This document shows positions 25,470 to 35,414 of a stretch of DNA of 64,000 nucleotides, in pieces (the first letter of the stretch is position 1; each line of letters begins with the position of its first letter). This DNA is from an uncultured Planctomycetia bacterium (lineage in GTDB: Bacteria > Omnitrophota > Gorgyraeia > 1-14-0-20-64-10). The position numbers were made by a program, and so were the translations under genes. The stretch spans positions 69,655-133,654 of the forward strand of contig CAZQXN010000001.1 of assembly GCA_964597545.1 (NCBI GenBank), given 5' to 3'. The notes below the pieces were generated by a model. That model had not been told where the DNA came from, searched no databases, and was given only the letters and a program-made list of their open reading frames with translations.

Positions 25470-26026
25470 GGCGCATGGGGAGTGCGGGGGGAGCTGTTAA
25501 GTTCGCAGTGCTGCTGGCCCTGCCTGTGCTGGTGCTGGCACTGCTTTATCCCACCCTCTCGGTTGCCTGGTTCAAGTTGCAGGAGCCAACCTTCGCGATC
25601 CCCTTGGGTGTTAACCAAGATGTGCAGGTCCGCGAGGATGGTTATGGCTCAGGTTATTTTGGGGCTCGCCGAAGCGGCGGGCGCAAGCATCGTGGGGTAG
25701 ATCTCACAGCCCCGGTAGGAACACCGGTTTTGGCGGCCAAATCCGGCACCGCCCTGATCGGACGCAAGAAGAATGGCATGGGTCGTTACGTGGAGGTGCT
25801 TCATCCGGACGGCTGGAAGACCCTGTACGGGCATCTGAGCCAAATTGCCATTGAAGACCACCAGCGCATCCGGCAGGGGGAAGCGGTTGGGGCTGTTGGA
25901 AAAAGCGGCAATGCAAGTTACCGGACGATGCGCGCGCACCTCCACTTTGAGCTATGGAGCAACGAAGGGGTACCTGTTGATCCCTTAGAGCATTTACCGG
26001 TCAGAGAGAAAGCGTATGGAGCATAG
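25466..26026 (+). CDS. M23 family metallopeptidase (LytM domain) with signal peptide
   Basis: HRGVDLTAPVGTPV...GRYVEVLHPDGWKTLYGHL...HLHFELW, i.e. the HxxxD and HxH motifs of M23. Confidence 0.8.
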   Translation: MRRMGSAGGAVKFAVLLALPVLVLALLYPTLSVAWFKLQEPTFAIPLGVNQDVQVREDGYGSGYFGARRSGGRKHRGVDLTAPVGTPVLAAKSGTALIGRKKNGMGRYVEVLHPDGWKTLYGHLSQIAIEDHQRIRQGEAVGAVGKSGNASYRTMRAHLHFELWSNEGVPVDPLEHLPVREKAYGA

Positions 26027-26891
26027 CGTGGGGCGGCGGCAAGAGTGTCGATGGGTGTGGGTGCTGGCGGCTTTGGCGCTGGCAGGCTGCACCACCATCT
26101 ACAACCCGGCTACCGAACAACGGGAGACGGTCTTGACCACATCGGTCGAGATGGCCCTGGGGAATCTGGCCCGGGCGCAGATGGGATTGGGCTCCCTTAC
26201 GGTCGGTGAGGTCAAGCCCGAGATGCTGACTCGAGTGCAGCGAATCGGCAAACGGCTCGCCGCTGTCAGCGACCGAAAGGATCTTCCCTATCACTTTGGC
26301 GTGGTCAAAGCAAAATCGCTCAACGCCTTTGCCTTGCCGGGAGGGACGATCTACGTGCATACGACGCTCGCTGAGAAAGCAACCGATGAGGAGCTGGCAG
26401 CGGTTCTCGCCCATGAGATCGGTCACGTAGCGGCCCGCCACGCTGCCAAGCATCTTCAGTGGAACTTAGGGATAACCACCCTGCTGTCGATCGCCTCCTC
26501 GGCCGGGGCCAGCGCGGATTCTGCCCGCATGGTCAACTCCATCTATGGCTTGATCTCCAATGGATACGGCCGCCGGGATGAGCTGGAGGCAGACCGCCTG
26601 GCCATCCGATACATGAACCGGGCCCACTATAATCCGAAGGCCATCATCTCCTTTTTCGAAAAGATGGACGCAGAGGACCCGGAGACCACCCTGGACAAAG
26701 CGCTGATCTGGCAGCGCTCACACCCTTTGACCAGCGATCGCATTGAGCAGGTGCGTCGAGAGATTAAGCGGCTCGCCGGTGAAACGTTCTGCCCTGCCTG
26801 CGGCAGGACATACGGCCCCGAGGTCAAATTCTGTGAGCGGGACGGAACAGTCCTTAAAAAGAAACAGTTACCTGAGGAGGAGGTGTCATGA
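26016..26891 (+). CDS. M48 family zinc metallopeptidase lipoprotein with a C-terminal zinc-ribbon-like CxxC...C motif
   Basis: A lipobox (LALAGCTT), a HEIGH zinc site (LAHEIGHVAARH) and a C-terminal CPACGRTYGPEVKFCERDG. Confidence 0.75.
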   Translation: MEHSVGRRQECRWVWVLAALALAGCTTIYNPATEQRETVLTTSVEMALGNLARAQMGLGSLTVGEVKPEMLTRVQRIGKRLAAVSDRKDLPYHFGVVKAKSLNAFALPGGTIYVHTTLAEKATDEELAAVLAHEIGHVAARHAAKHLQWNLGITTLLSIASSAGASADSARMVNSIYGLISNGYGRRDELEADRLAIRYMNRAHYNPKAIISFFEKMDAEDPETTLDKALIWQRSHPLTSDRIEQVRREIKRLAGETFCPACGRTYGPEVKFCERDGTVLKKKQLPEEEVS

Positions 26892-27003
26892 TCCCACCAC
26901 CTGACTTAGCCCCCACGGGGCTGTCGAATCAGAGATTCGACCCGTCTTGGACGGGTCAGGCGGAAGGGGTGCATCCGCCCAAGACAGAAAGGGAGGTGGT
27001 GGG

Positions 27004-27477
27004 GTGATCCGGATTCTTGCGCTGGGAGCGGTTTGTCTGGCGGTATTCATCCTAATTGTAGTCCTGCGCGAGGAACGCCTCCAAATCAAGGGTAAGGTGC
27101 CGTTGGGGCGCCTGCGCAAGCTGTGGTTTCGCAATGAACGCAGAATCGCCCCCCGCTACCGGCTGGATTGGCCGGTTCGGTACCGCCGAACAGACAAGGT
27201 GTCGAACCTACCGGCCACCACCCGGGATGTCAGCCAAACCGGCGCCGGACTGATGGTGGAAGAGCGCATGGAGGTGGGCTCCGAGGTTGAGCTGCAGTTT
27301 ACCCTGCCCACCCATCCACAGCCCATCTGGGTGATTTCAGAAATCATGTGGCAGAAAGAGGTTGCGCGCAATCCCAGCACCCCGGACAACAAGCGGGTCT
27401 TTTACATCGGTGTGCACTTTAAGGGGCTTAGCCCCAAGATAGAAAAGGAGCTGACAAAATCACTTCGCCAGGAATGA
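27004..27477 (+). CDS. PilZ domain protein (putative c-di-GMP receptor) with an N-terminal TM helix
   Basis: RRIAPRYRLDWPVRY...TRDVSQTGAGL matches the PilZ RxxxR ... D/NxSxxG signature. I chose the GTG start at VIRILALGAV (TM helix); the ORF track starts at 26947. Confidence 0.55.
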   Translation: MIRILALGAVCLAVFILIVVLREERLQIKGKVPLGRLRKLWFRNERRIAPRYRLDWPVRYRRTDKVSNLPATTRDVSQTGAGLMVEERMEVGSEVELQFTLPTHPQPIWVISEIMWQKEVARNPSTPDNKRVFYIGVHFKGLSPKIEKELTKSLRQE

Positions 27478-28577
27478 CCCAAGAGGCGCAGCAATACGCA
27501 AAGCGCAAGCGGCAACTGTGGCTTGCAGAGTTAGGGGTAACCTTTGCCCTGTTGGCGGGCCTCATGGTAAGCGGCTGGGCCCAAACCTTTGGGCAGTGGG
27601 TCAGCATCCGCGTCCAAGGCTGGCCGCTCCAGACCGCTGTCTATGTCGGTGTGCTCTGGGGCGGGCTAACGCTTGTCGGTTTCCCGCTGGACTGGATCCG
27701 AGGTTTTTGGCTGGAACACCGCTTCGGCCTTTCCAACCAGCGAGGGGGGCAGTGGGCAATCGAGTATGGCAAGGCATTGGCAGTCGGGGCGATACTGGGT
27801 TTGATTCTGGTGGAAGGGTTGGCGGGTCTGCTGCGGACTTTCCCGGAGCGCTGGTGGTTGTGGGCGGCGTTCGCCTGGCTCGGGTGGTCGGTTGTGCTGG
27901 CGCGCGTAGCCCCCACACTGCTCATTCCGATCTTCTACCGACAGCGGCCCCTCAGCAATGAAGCCCTCAAAGCGCGGTTGGAGAAATTTCTTGAGCGCTG
28001 CAGCATGCCGGTCAAGGGGATCTTTGAGCTGAACTTAAGCCGCACGACCAAGAAGGCCAATGCATGTCTGACCGGCATGGGCAAGACGCGGCGGGTACTG
28101 GTGAGTGACACCTTGGCTTCAAAATACCCAGCAGAAGAGGTCGAAGTGGTCTTAGCGCACGAGGTGGGGCACCACCGCCTGCATCACATGGGGATCTTGA
28201 TTGGGGTCAGCACCGTTGCCACCGCGGTAAGCTGCTTTGCGGTCCATCATCTGCTGCAGGCTACCCTGGCGCGATTGGGCATATTGAGCATGAGCGATTT
28301 AGCGGTCCTGCCGCTGGTGGGACTGTATCTGTTGGCAGCGAGTTTGATCCTCATGCCGATCACCAACGGCCTCTCCAGGCGGCTGGAGGCCCGGGCAGAC
28401 CGCTTTGCGCTTGAGCAAACTAGAAATCCCGGCGCTTTCATTGCAACCATGAAACGCTTGGGCGAACAGAACTTGGCCGAGACCACGCCGCCGCGCTGGG
28501 TGGAGTGGCTGCTCTATGACCACCCGGCCATTGCTAGGCGGATCCATATGGCTCAAGCTTTCGAGAGGGCAGCGTGA
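27474..28577 (+). CDS. M48 family membrane metalloprotease (Ste24/HtpX-like)
   Basis: A polytopic N-terminal half followed by VVLAHEVGHHRLHHM (HExxH) and a downstream E. Confidence 0.75.
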   Translation: MTQEAQQYAKRKRQLWLAELGVTFALLAGLMVSGWAQTFGQWVSIRVQGWPLQTAVYVGVLWGGLTLVGFPLDWIRGFWLEHRFGLSNQRGGQWAIEYGKALAVGAILGLILVEGLAGLLRTFPERWWLWAAFAWLGWSVVLARVAPTLLIPIFYRQRPLSNEALKARLEKFLERCSMPVKGIFELNLSRTTKKANACLTGMGKTRRVLVSDTLASKYPAEEVEVVLAHEVGHHRLHHMGILIGVSTVATAVSCFAVHHLLQATLARLGILSMSDLAVLPLVGLYLLAASLILMPITNGLSRRLEARADRFALEQTRNPGAFIATMKRLGEQNLAETTPPRWVEWLLYDHPAIARRIHMAQAFERAA

Positions 28578-28921
28578 TGGCAGGGTGCATTTTTTGCAAG
28601 ATCGCCTCCAAGGAGATTCCGGCAAAGATCGCCTACGAGGACGACGGCGTGGTGGCCTTTCATGACATCAACCCCCAGGCGCCGGTCCACATCCAGATCA
28701 TTCCCAAAGAACACATTGAACGGGTGTCGAATTTGACAGAGAAAACGGTGCCGGTGATGGATAAGTTGATCTTGGTTGCCAATCAGTTGGCCCGGCAGAT
28801 GCAGGTGGCCGAACCCGGATACCGGATGGTCATCAACTGCAATCCAGGGGCCGGCCAATCGGTCTACCACTTGCATCTGCATCTTTTGGGCGGGCGACCC
28901 ATGCAGTGGCCGCCAGGGTAA
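28574..28921 (+). CDS. HIT family protein (histidine triad nucleotide-binding)
   Basis: An N-terminal CIFCKI zinc-binding motif and an HxHxHxx histidine triad (HLHLHLLGG). Confidence 0.85.
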   Translation: MMAGCIFCKIASKEIPAKIAYEDDGVVAFHDINPQAPVHIQIIPKEHIERVSNLTEKTVPVMDKLILVANQLARQMQVAEPGYRMVINCNPGAGQSVYHLHLHLLGGRPMQWPPG

Positions 28922-29158
28922 AGCGATGAGGCAAGGAATGTTCAAGCAAATCAAGGTAATGCACATTTCGGTTTCGCAGTCGTGCGCGGCCAAGCAAGCC
29001 GCCTCATCGCTTTTCAGGGGGGAAACGCCCTCTGGTGGTTTCCCCCCTGGGATTCCCCCTTCCCAGGCCCGCTTTCAGCGGGAAGGTCTTGCAGGGGGCG
29101 ATTTCCCATCTCCCCCTGCATGCCCCTCTTCCGAAGGAAGGAGGCAACGCGGATAACC

Positions 29159-30319
29159 ATGAGTCAACCGTATGACGTGGTGGTGATCGGAGCAGGGCCG
29201 GCAGGGAGTGTCTGCAGTTATCTTACTGCCAAAGCGGGCCTGAAGACCCTGGTCCTTGAGGAGCACGCAGGAGCCGGGATGTTTGTCAATTGTACCGGCA
29301 TCATCGGGATGGAGGCCTTTAGGCACCTCAATCTCCCCACCACGCCGATCTTGGGCTCCCTCCAGCGCATCACCTTCTTCTCTCCCTCGGGCACCTCATT
29401 CCAGTACGATCCGGGCCAACCCCTGGCCCATGTGGTCAGCCGCCGCCAGTTCGATCAAGCGTTGGTGGAGTTGGCTGAATCTCAAGGTGCGCGCTTTAGG
29501 TACGGCTACCACGCGCGCTTAATCCGCGCAGATTCCGACGGGGTGGAGATACGACAGCAGGAAGAGGATGCAGAGCCCGTGACAGCACAGATGGCAGTTA
29601 TCGCCGCCGGGTTTGGCTCGAATCTCACAGCCCAAGTGGGCTTGGCCGCCCCCCGCCAAATCGTCTATGGGGCACAGGTCGAGGTGGAGATGGAGGGCTT
29701 AAGTGACGTTGAGATTTACTTAGGACGCAAGGTGGCTCCCGAGGCCTTTGCCTGGGCGGTACCCACAGAGGCGGGAAAGGCCCGGGTGGGACTCATTACC
29801 TCCAAGGAGGCCCCGCGCTATTTGAAGAACTTACTTCATCACCCCGCCATCCGAGAGCGCATCCGGACCCAGGAACCTAAGATGCTCTTAAGCCCCATCC
29901 CGGTGGAACCCATTGAGCAAAGCTACGCCGAGCGGGTCTTGGTGGTGGGGGAGGCGGCAGGCCAAGTTAAAACCACCACCCAAGGGGGAATCTACTACGG
30001 GATGCTGTGTGCGGCCATGGCCGCAGAAACCGCTGAGGAGGCGCTGCGCAGGAAGGATTTCCGGGAAGTGATCCTGCGCGGCTACCAAACTGCCTGGACG
30101 CGGTCCATCGGGGAGGAGCTTAAGATGGGCTCGGCCTTGCGTCAGCTTTTCGCGCGCCTCAGCGACGAACAGGTCGACGCCTTTGTAGAGCTGGGAACGC
30201 GCAAGGATGTCTTAGGATTGGTCAAGCGCCTGGCGCAATTCGACTGGCACCGGGAGCTGATTCAGACTTCACTTAAACTTCCGGCGCTTCGAGAAGTGGT
30301 TCGAGGAGGGCTTTGGTAA
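29159..30319 (+). CDS. Geranylgeranyl reductase family FAD-dependent oxidoreductase
   Basis: YDVVVIGAGPAGSVCSYLTAKAGLKTLVLEE (FAD-binding GxGxxG) with the overall GGR-like layout. I chose the start at MSQPYDVVV; the longer upstream ORF lacks support. Confidence 0.7.
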   Translation: MSQPYDVVVIGAGPAGSVCSYLTAKAGLKTLVLEEHAGAGMFVNCTGIIGMEAFRHLNLPTTPILGSLQRITFFSPSGTSFQYDPGQPLAHVVSRRQFDQALVELAESQGARFRYGYHARLIRADSDGVEIRQQEEDAEPVTAQMAVIAAGFGSNLTAQVGLAAPRQIVYGAQVEVEMEGLSDVEIYLGRKVAPEAFAWAVPTEAGKARVGLITSKEAPRYLKNLLHHPAIRERIRTQEPKMLLSPIPVEPIEQSYAERVLVVGEAAGQVKTTTQGGIYYGMLCAAMAAETAEEALRRKDFREVILRGYQTAWTRSIGEELKMGSALRQLFARLSDEQVDAFVELGTRKDVLGLVKRLAQFDWHRELIQTSLKLPALREVVRGGLW

Positions 30320-30321
30320 TC

Positions 30322-30732
30322 ATGTTTCGTCATCGATTTGGGCAGCGCTACAAGTACCAGAATACGCGCCAGTATTTGAGGCTGCCGATCTCATGGCCGG
30401 TCAAGTGCGAACCCAAGCAAGCCGAGGAGGGTCGGCACGTCACCGCCACGCAGGATGTCAGCGCCGGGGGTATGCGCATGATTGTCCGGGAGGAGGTTCC
30501 GGTCGATTCCGAGGTCGTCCTGGAGATTCATGTGCCGCCGCTGGAGCGCTCCATCCAAGCCGTGGGCCGTGTGCTGCGCTGCCAACCGAGCCGCAGGGGT
30601 TTTGAGCTGGGGGTGCGCTTTGAGAAGATCGACCCGAGAGATCAGGTAGCGCTCAATGAAGCGGTGGAGCAATTTTACAGTCCCCGCAAACGGGTTCGCC
30701 ACCAACAGTCGTGGTGGCGAAAGATCACTTAA
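30322..30732 (+). CDS. PilZ domain protein (putative c-di-GMP receptor)
   Basis: RQYLRLPISWPVKC...TQDVSAGGMRM, i.e. the PilZ signatures. Confidence 0.55.
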   Translation: MFRHRFGQRYKYQNTRQYLRLPISWPVKCEPKQAEEGRHVTATQDVSAGGMRMIVREEVPVDSEVVLEIHVPPLERSIQAVGRVLRCQPSRRGFELGVRFEKIDPRDQVALNEAVEQFYSPRKRVRHQQSWWRKIT

Positions 30733-30752
30733 GGGGGTGTGTTAAGTCCGGG

Positions 30753-32258
30753 ATGAAGCGGCTGCTCAGGGCGGGGTTGGTGTTGGGCATGATACTCGCA
30801 GGCAGCCAGTTTTCGCCGGCAGAGGCAAGATCGGTGTTGACGTTGGACGAGATTGTAGCCATGGAGAAACGAATCCGTATGGCAGCAGCGCTCGAGGAAA
30901 AAAGGGCTCGAACCGAAGCTGAGGCCTGGGCCAAAGCAGATGCTGAGGCGGAGGCGCTCGTGCAGACCGAGGCTGAACCGGAGCCGCCGCCAGAGGTCGA
31001 ACCGGCCCAGAGGCCCGCAGTGCCTGAAGCAGAAGCGGCTCAGCTTGCAACCGAGGAGGAGCATTTGCAGCCAGAGATCCCCCCTAATCTCCTTGCTGGA
31101 GGCGAGACGGCTGAGTCGGATGAGGCCATAGGAGAAGAATCGGGCCTGGAGGAAAAACTTGGAGGCGGCGGGCTGTGGCGATACCTCAAGGAGCGGACCA
31201 AATGGGGTGTGGGCTATGACATGACCTACACCGATAACCTGCTCTTAGAGGACAACGACAAGCAGGAGGAGCTGACCAGCGTGTTGGAAAGTCAGATGTT
31301 TTTTCTAGATACTGTGGGATCTCTGGTCTACGGCACCACCTATGAGGTCAACGCCTACCGCTACCACTGCAGCGACGCCAACAGTATCGACCATGATCTA
31401 TCGGCCTTTGTGGATCTTGCGCCTTCGGCACCCTACTCCATGGGGGTGAACTACCACCTGGATGTCACCAACAGCCTAGTGACCACAACCGATGAGATCG
31501 ACATCTTCTTAAGAAGTACGGACTTTCAGCGGCAAGTGACGCACACAGGAACTGGGGAATTTTCTTACTTCATCAACAACTTAGACACTCTGGACTTGAG
31601 CATGGCGTATAAGGTTGTCGACAGCCAGAGGCAGCCGGATGCCGGCCGAGACAAGAATACGCTTACGGCAACCGCGGACCTCTCCCATGAGTTTAGACCC
31701 GGCTGGTTTGTGAGTGGCGGTTATGCATTCACCAAGAAGAGGATCCCCGACGACGAAGATAAAAACTCAGTAAAGCACTTGGGGACTTTGGGCTTGCGCT
31801 ATGACTTGACCGAAGAGGCGAAGCTGAATCTCAGGCTCCAAGTAGGCAAGATCACCTTCAATGAGCTCGGGGAAAAGAGCATCCTCAGCTTTGACGGCGC
31901 AGTGAAATATCCCATCCGGCTCAGGCCCCGCCTCACGATTAATCTGGGATATCGAGACACAGAATCTTCTTCCGAGGCGGTTGGAACTACCACTGTCCGC
32001 GCCCGGAGGTCCTCCATCGGCCTGGAGTATGCGGTGACATCGCTCATCACCTTTGAATCGAAGGCCGCCTACATCAAAAACCGGTCTACCTCTTCCGCCG
32101 GTCTGACTACATTTGGCCGAAGTTATACAGTTAACAGCGGCTTTGCCTGGAACCTGCGAGAAAACGCAAAGCTTCTATTGGGCCACACACACGCGCGGTC
32201 GAAAAGCGGCGATTATACGAGCAACGTTGTGGCACTCGAATTTGAGATGGAGATCTAG
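30753..32258 (+). CDS. Putative outer-membrane beta-barrel protein of the EPS locus with a low-complexity Ala/Glu/Pro-rich N-region
   Basis: A signal peptide (MKRLLRAGLVLGMILAGSQFSPAEA), an AE-rich low-complexity region, and a C-terminal half of alternating amphipathic strands (...YTVNSGFAWNLRENAKLLLGHTHARSKSGDYTSNVVALEFEMEI). Confidence 0.4.
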   Translation: MKRLLRAGLVLGMILAGSQFSPAEARSVLTLDEIVAMEKRIRMAAALEEKRARTEAEAWAKADAEAEALVQTEAEPEPPPEVEPAQRPAVPEAEAAQLATEEEHLQPEIPPNLLAGGETAESDEAIGEESGLEEKLGGGGLWRYLKERTKWGVGYDMTYTDNLLLEDNDKQEELTSVLESQMFFLDTVGSLVYGTTYEVNAYRYHCSDANSIDHDLSAFVDLAPSAPYSMGVNYHLDVTNSLVTTTDEIDIFLRSTDFQRQVTHTGTGEFSYFINNLDTLDLSMAYKVVDSQRQPDAGRDKNTLTATADLSHEFRPGWFVSGGYAFTKKRIPDDEDKNSVKHLGTLGLRYDLTEEAKLNLRLQVGKITFNELGEKSILSFDGAVKYPIRLRPRLTINLGYRDTESSSEAVGTTTVRARRSSIGLEYAVTSLITFESKAAYIKNRSTSSAGLTTFGRSYTVNSGFAWNLRENAKLLLGHTHARSKSGDYTSNVVALEFEMEI

Positions 32259-32259
32259 C

Positions 32260-33411
32260 GTGCTTCAAAAATCTTGGATTACACCATGGGTTTGGGTCGG
32301 CATGATAAGTCTTCTGGCGGGCTGCAGTCGTTTTAACATCTTCGCCTCCAAAGGGATCATTTCGGCACAAGAGGCTAAGAATGTTGTCTATCGGCTTAAA
32401 GGCGGTGATGAGCTGGAGATCACGGTCTGGGGCCATGATCATTTAAACCGCAAGGCTGAAGTTCGCGAGAAAGGGACAATCCCCTTTCCCATGATCGGAG
32501 AAATTCAGGCCGCCGGAAAGAGCCTCAGGGAGGTCGAGACGGCAATCCAGGAGAAGCTGGACCACGCCTTCAAGGAGGATGCTTTCCGTCAGCAGGAGGC
32601 CCTGGATTTGCCTAAGCGAATCATCTCTGCCAGCGAGATCCCAAGCTCCATCTATCGCCTCCGGCGTGGGGACGAGTTGACTGTTTCCGTTTGGAACCAC
32701 AACGACCTGAACCAAAGAGGTCAAATCCGGGAGGATAGAACCTTTTCCTTCCCCCTCATTGGGGACGTGCAGACAGCGGGGCTTTCTCTCCGGGGCCTGG
32801 AAACAGAAATTCGTAAGCGTCTCAATAAAGATTACATCGTCAATCCTCAGGTCAACGCGCGGCTGGTGAATGCGAAGTTCACCATCCTGGGTCAGGTTGG
32901 GCGTCCCGGCTCCTTCCAAACAGACGGAATGGTGGACCTGCTGTCAGCCTTGAGCAGCTCGGGGGGCGTGGATCTACAGCGTTCCAGCCAGGTGGATATC
33001 ATCCGCCAAATCGGAGAGGAGAAGGTGATCATTCGCGTCCACCCGAACTTGGTGCTCCAAGGAAAGGAGCCCCGGATTGACCTCTGGCCGCATGACGTTC
33101 TGTACGTTCAAATGATCTCTGATGAGGGATTCCAGGTAAAGGTGCAGCTTTTGGGAGCCAAGTATACCGTGATCGGCGAGGTAAACCGTCCGGGTTCGTA
33201 CGACATGGAGGAGCGGCTGGATCTTTTGACCGCGGTCAGCAAGGCCGGCGGCATCAACAAGTTCGGATCAAGCAACCTTGAAATCATCCGGGGAGAAGGA
33301 GAGGGGCGTGCAGTCATTCGTGTGGATTTAAACCGTGTCATTGAGGGGCTGGACCCCAATATTGCGATCCAGCCGGATGACACCATCTACGTGAGGCGGC
33401 GCTTGATCTGA
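32260..33411 (+). CDS. Polysaccharide export protein (Wza / Poly_export + SLBB repeats)
   Basis: A lipobox (LLAGCS), then repeated motifs Y(R/K)L..GDEL.(I/V).VW and IPFP(M/L)IG(E/D)(I/V)Q.AG.(S)LR..E..I....L (3-4 copies), typical of the PES/SLBB architecture. I chose the GTG start at 32260. Confidence 0.75.
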   Translation: MLQKSWITPWVWVGMISLLAGCSRFNIFASKGIISAQEAKNVVYRLKGGDELEITVWGHDHLNRKAEVREKGTIPFPMIGEIQAAGKSLREVETAIQEKLDHAFKEDAFRQQEALDLPKRIISASEIPSSIYRLRRGDELTVSVWNHNDLNQRGQIREDRTFSFPLIGDVQTAGLSLRGLETEIRKRLNKDYIVNPQVNARLVNAKFTILGQVGRPGSFQTDGMVDLLSALSSSGGVDLQRSSQVDIIRQIGEEKVIIRVHPNLVLQGKEPRIDLWPHDVLYVQMISDEGFQVKVQLLGAKYTVIGEVNRPGSYDMEERLDLLTAVSKAGGINKFGSSNLEIIRGEGEGRAVIRVDLNRVIEGLDPNIAIQPDDTIYVRRRLI

Positions 33412-35267
33412 TGGCAAGCTTGAGGCGCTGGCTCGTCCTGCTGCGCATTCCCATCGTCCTGGTGGGGGTGGGGATCTTTTTTGCCTGCTACAACCGCTAT
33501 CTCCTGGATACCAACCTCCAAAACTTAAAGACCTCATTGTCTATCTTGGATGCGGCCACTGGTGTCGGGCAGGCCGAGGCAGCGCTTCTGCTGCTGGACC
33601 AAACCCTGGTCACACAGATGGCTCAAGAGAAGTTGGATTTAAAGAAAGTCGCCACCCTTCAATACGTGCAGGGAACGCTGGCCTCTGGGAGTCGCATGCG
33701 GTCTGTCGCGGATACGCAAACCATGGTGGCCACCTTGGCTGAGGATAGGGCGGTAGCGCGCCCGGGATTTCTTAAAACCTTGGACGGTGTAGCCACCGGA
33801 GTGCGAGAGACCTTCCGGCGGGCTCAGCTTCTGCCTCGCCGCTTTCTTGGGAAGGCAACCTCACGCAGGATCGATCAGGGTCTGCTGCAGGAGGCCATCC
33901 GTTCGGAACGGTTGGGTCTTTTGGCTAAGTCTGCTCAGATTTACGAAACCCTCTTAGAGGAATCTCCGAACTACATGGGCCGCGCAACCTTGAAGCTTCG
34001 ACTGGGATTCCTCTATCAACGCCTTCAGGACTGGCGCCGGGCAGAACGCCTCTTTCAGGAGGTGCTCGGTGAAACCAGCGATTCCAAGCAGCTGGAGGTG
34101 GCGCGCCAGATGCTTCAGTACCTTGGAACAATGCGCGGTAAGGTAGATGAGGCAAAAGTGCTGCAGGGCCGCCTAGAAACCCTGGGAGCCGGCCGACAGC
34201 GCCAACTGGCTGCGTATGAGCTGGGCTCCCTGCAGATCGAGCTGTATGCTTTTGAGGAAGCGGCCAAGGTCTTTCGCGAGGCTTACCGGGCCAATCCGGA
34301 TGGGAAGCTCGCACTGCCTTCTCTCTTCAAAGAGGGGTGGTGCCTGAGGAATGTGGGGCGATTTGACGATGCCTTTGACCGGTTCAAAGAAATCATTGAC
34401 CAGGAGCCCCAGAGCGGCTGGGCGGCATCGGCCTACCACCAGATGGCCGAAGCTTATAAATCGACCGGAGACTACGAGGCGGCAACCAAGGCGTACGAAA
34501 AGATCCTGGATGAAACCCGGGATTACGCGTTTGTGGCGATGGTGCACGCGCAAGCAGGCTCAACCCTCCGATACGATTTGAACAAACCGGAGCGAGCTCA
34601 GATCCATTTTGGTGAGCTGGCAAAATCCTTCCCGGCCAGCCAATTCGTCGGAATAGAGCGGTCCATCGACCGGCTTGAGCGTGCCAAGGGGATTCCGGTG
34701 GTCCCGGCAGTACCCGGTGCCGCACCTGAAGTCAGTCCTGCGGCCCCCCAGCCCAAGCCCTCTTTGCTACAGTTAGGGGTTCAGCAGTTGGCGGAGGGGA
34801 CGCCGCTGATGAACTGGTTGGAGAATTTCATTCCGGTTTTCGTAGAAGTCTTTACCAATCGCCTGGTCCGCTACATGCAGATTGCGGGGGTCAAGGAGTT
34901 GACCCGGCGATTCAGCGAAGATGAGTTTAACAAGCTGGTCGTCCGACGCGTGAGGGAGCGCTTCCCCGGCCAGGTCAAAGACGTCAAAATGCAGATTCGG
35001 GAGAACGGCTATATCGGCACAGGAACGGTGAAGCTCGGAATTCTCACCTTCCCTGTCAAGGCACGTATTGGTATTAACGTCATCGATGAACGGGCCCATG
35101 CCGTTGTTCATGAGATCCACGTCGGCAAGCTCGCAGTTCCCGAACCCTTGAGAAAGGTTCTGGAGGCCCGGGTGAACCTTGCCATTGTGAAGGCCAAATA
35201 TCCTTTGCGCATCAAGGCGTATGAACTGGAGGATGGTTATGCCTTTATCTCCGTCGAGATGGATTGA
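33411..35267 (+). CDS. Membrane-anchored TPR-like repeat protein of the EPS locus
   Basis: An N-terminal TM helix, then helical-repeat regions with a TPR-like pattern (...AEAYKSTGDYEAATKAYEKILDE...). The C-terminal 150 aa are unassigned. Confidence 0.4.
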   Translation: MASLRRWLVLLRIPIVLVGVGIFFACYNRYLLDTNLQNLKTSLSILDAATGVGQAEAALLLLDQTLVTQMAQEKLDLKKVATLQYVQGTLASGSRMRSVADTQTMVATLAEDRAVARPGFLKTLDGVATGVRETFRRAQLLPRRFLGKATSRRIDQGLLQEAIRSERLGLLAKSAQIYETLLEESPNYMGRATLKLRLGFLYQRLQDWRRAERLFQEVLGETSDSKQLEVARQMLQYLGTMRGKVDEAKVLQGRLETLGAGRQRQLAAYELGSLQIELYAFEEAAKVFREAYRANPDGKLALPSLFKEGWCLRNVGRFDDAFDRFKEIIDQEPQSGWAASAYHQMAEAYKSTGDYEAATKAYEKILDETRDYAFVAMVHAQAGSTLRYDLNKPERAQIHFGELAKSFPASQFVGIERSIDRLERAKGIPVVPAVPGAAPEVSPAAPQPKPSLLQLGVQQLAEGTPLMNWLENFIPVFVEVFTNRLVRYMQIAGVKELTRRFSEDEFNKLVVRRVRERFPGQVKDVKMQIRENGYIGTGTVKLGILTFPVKARIGINVIDERAHAVVHEIHVGKLAVPEPLRKVLEARVNLAIVKAKYPLRIKAYELEDGYAFISVEMD

Positions 35268-35414
35268 CGGATGTCTGCGTCATTCCCGCCCTCGATCGGG
35301 GTCGAGGACATGCTCCAGCGGGAATCTGGTCCTCGCTTTCGCGAGGAGAGGATCTGACGTCGTCCTCGAATCGATCGAGGATCCCCGCTTCCGCGGGGAT
35401 GACAGGGGGGTGCG

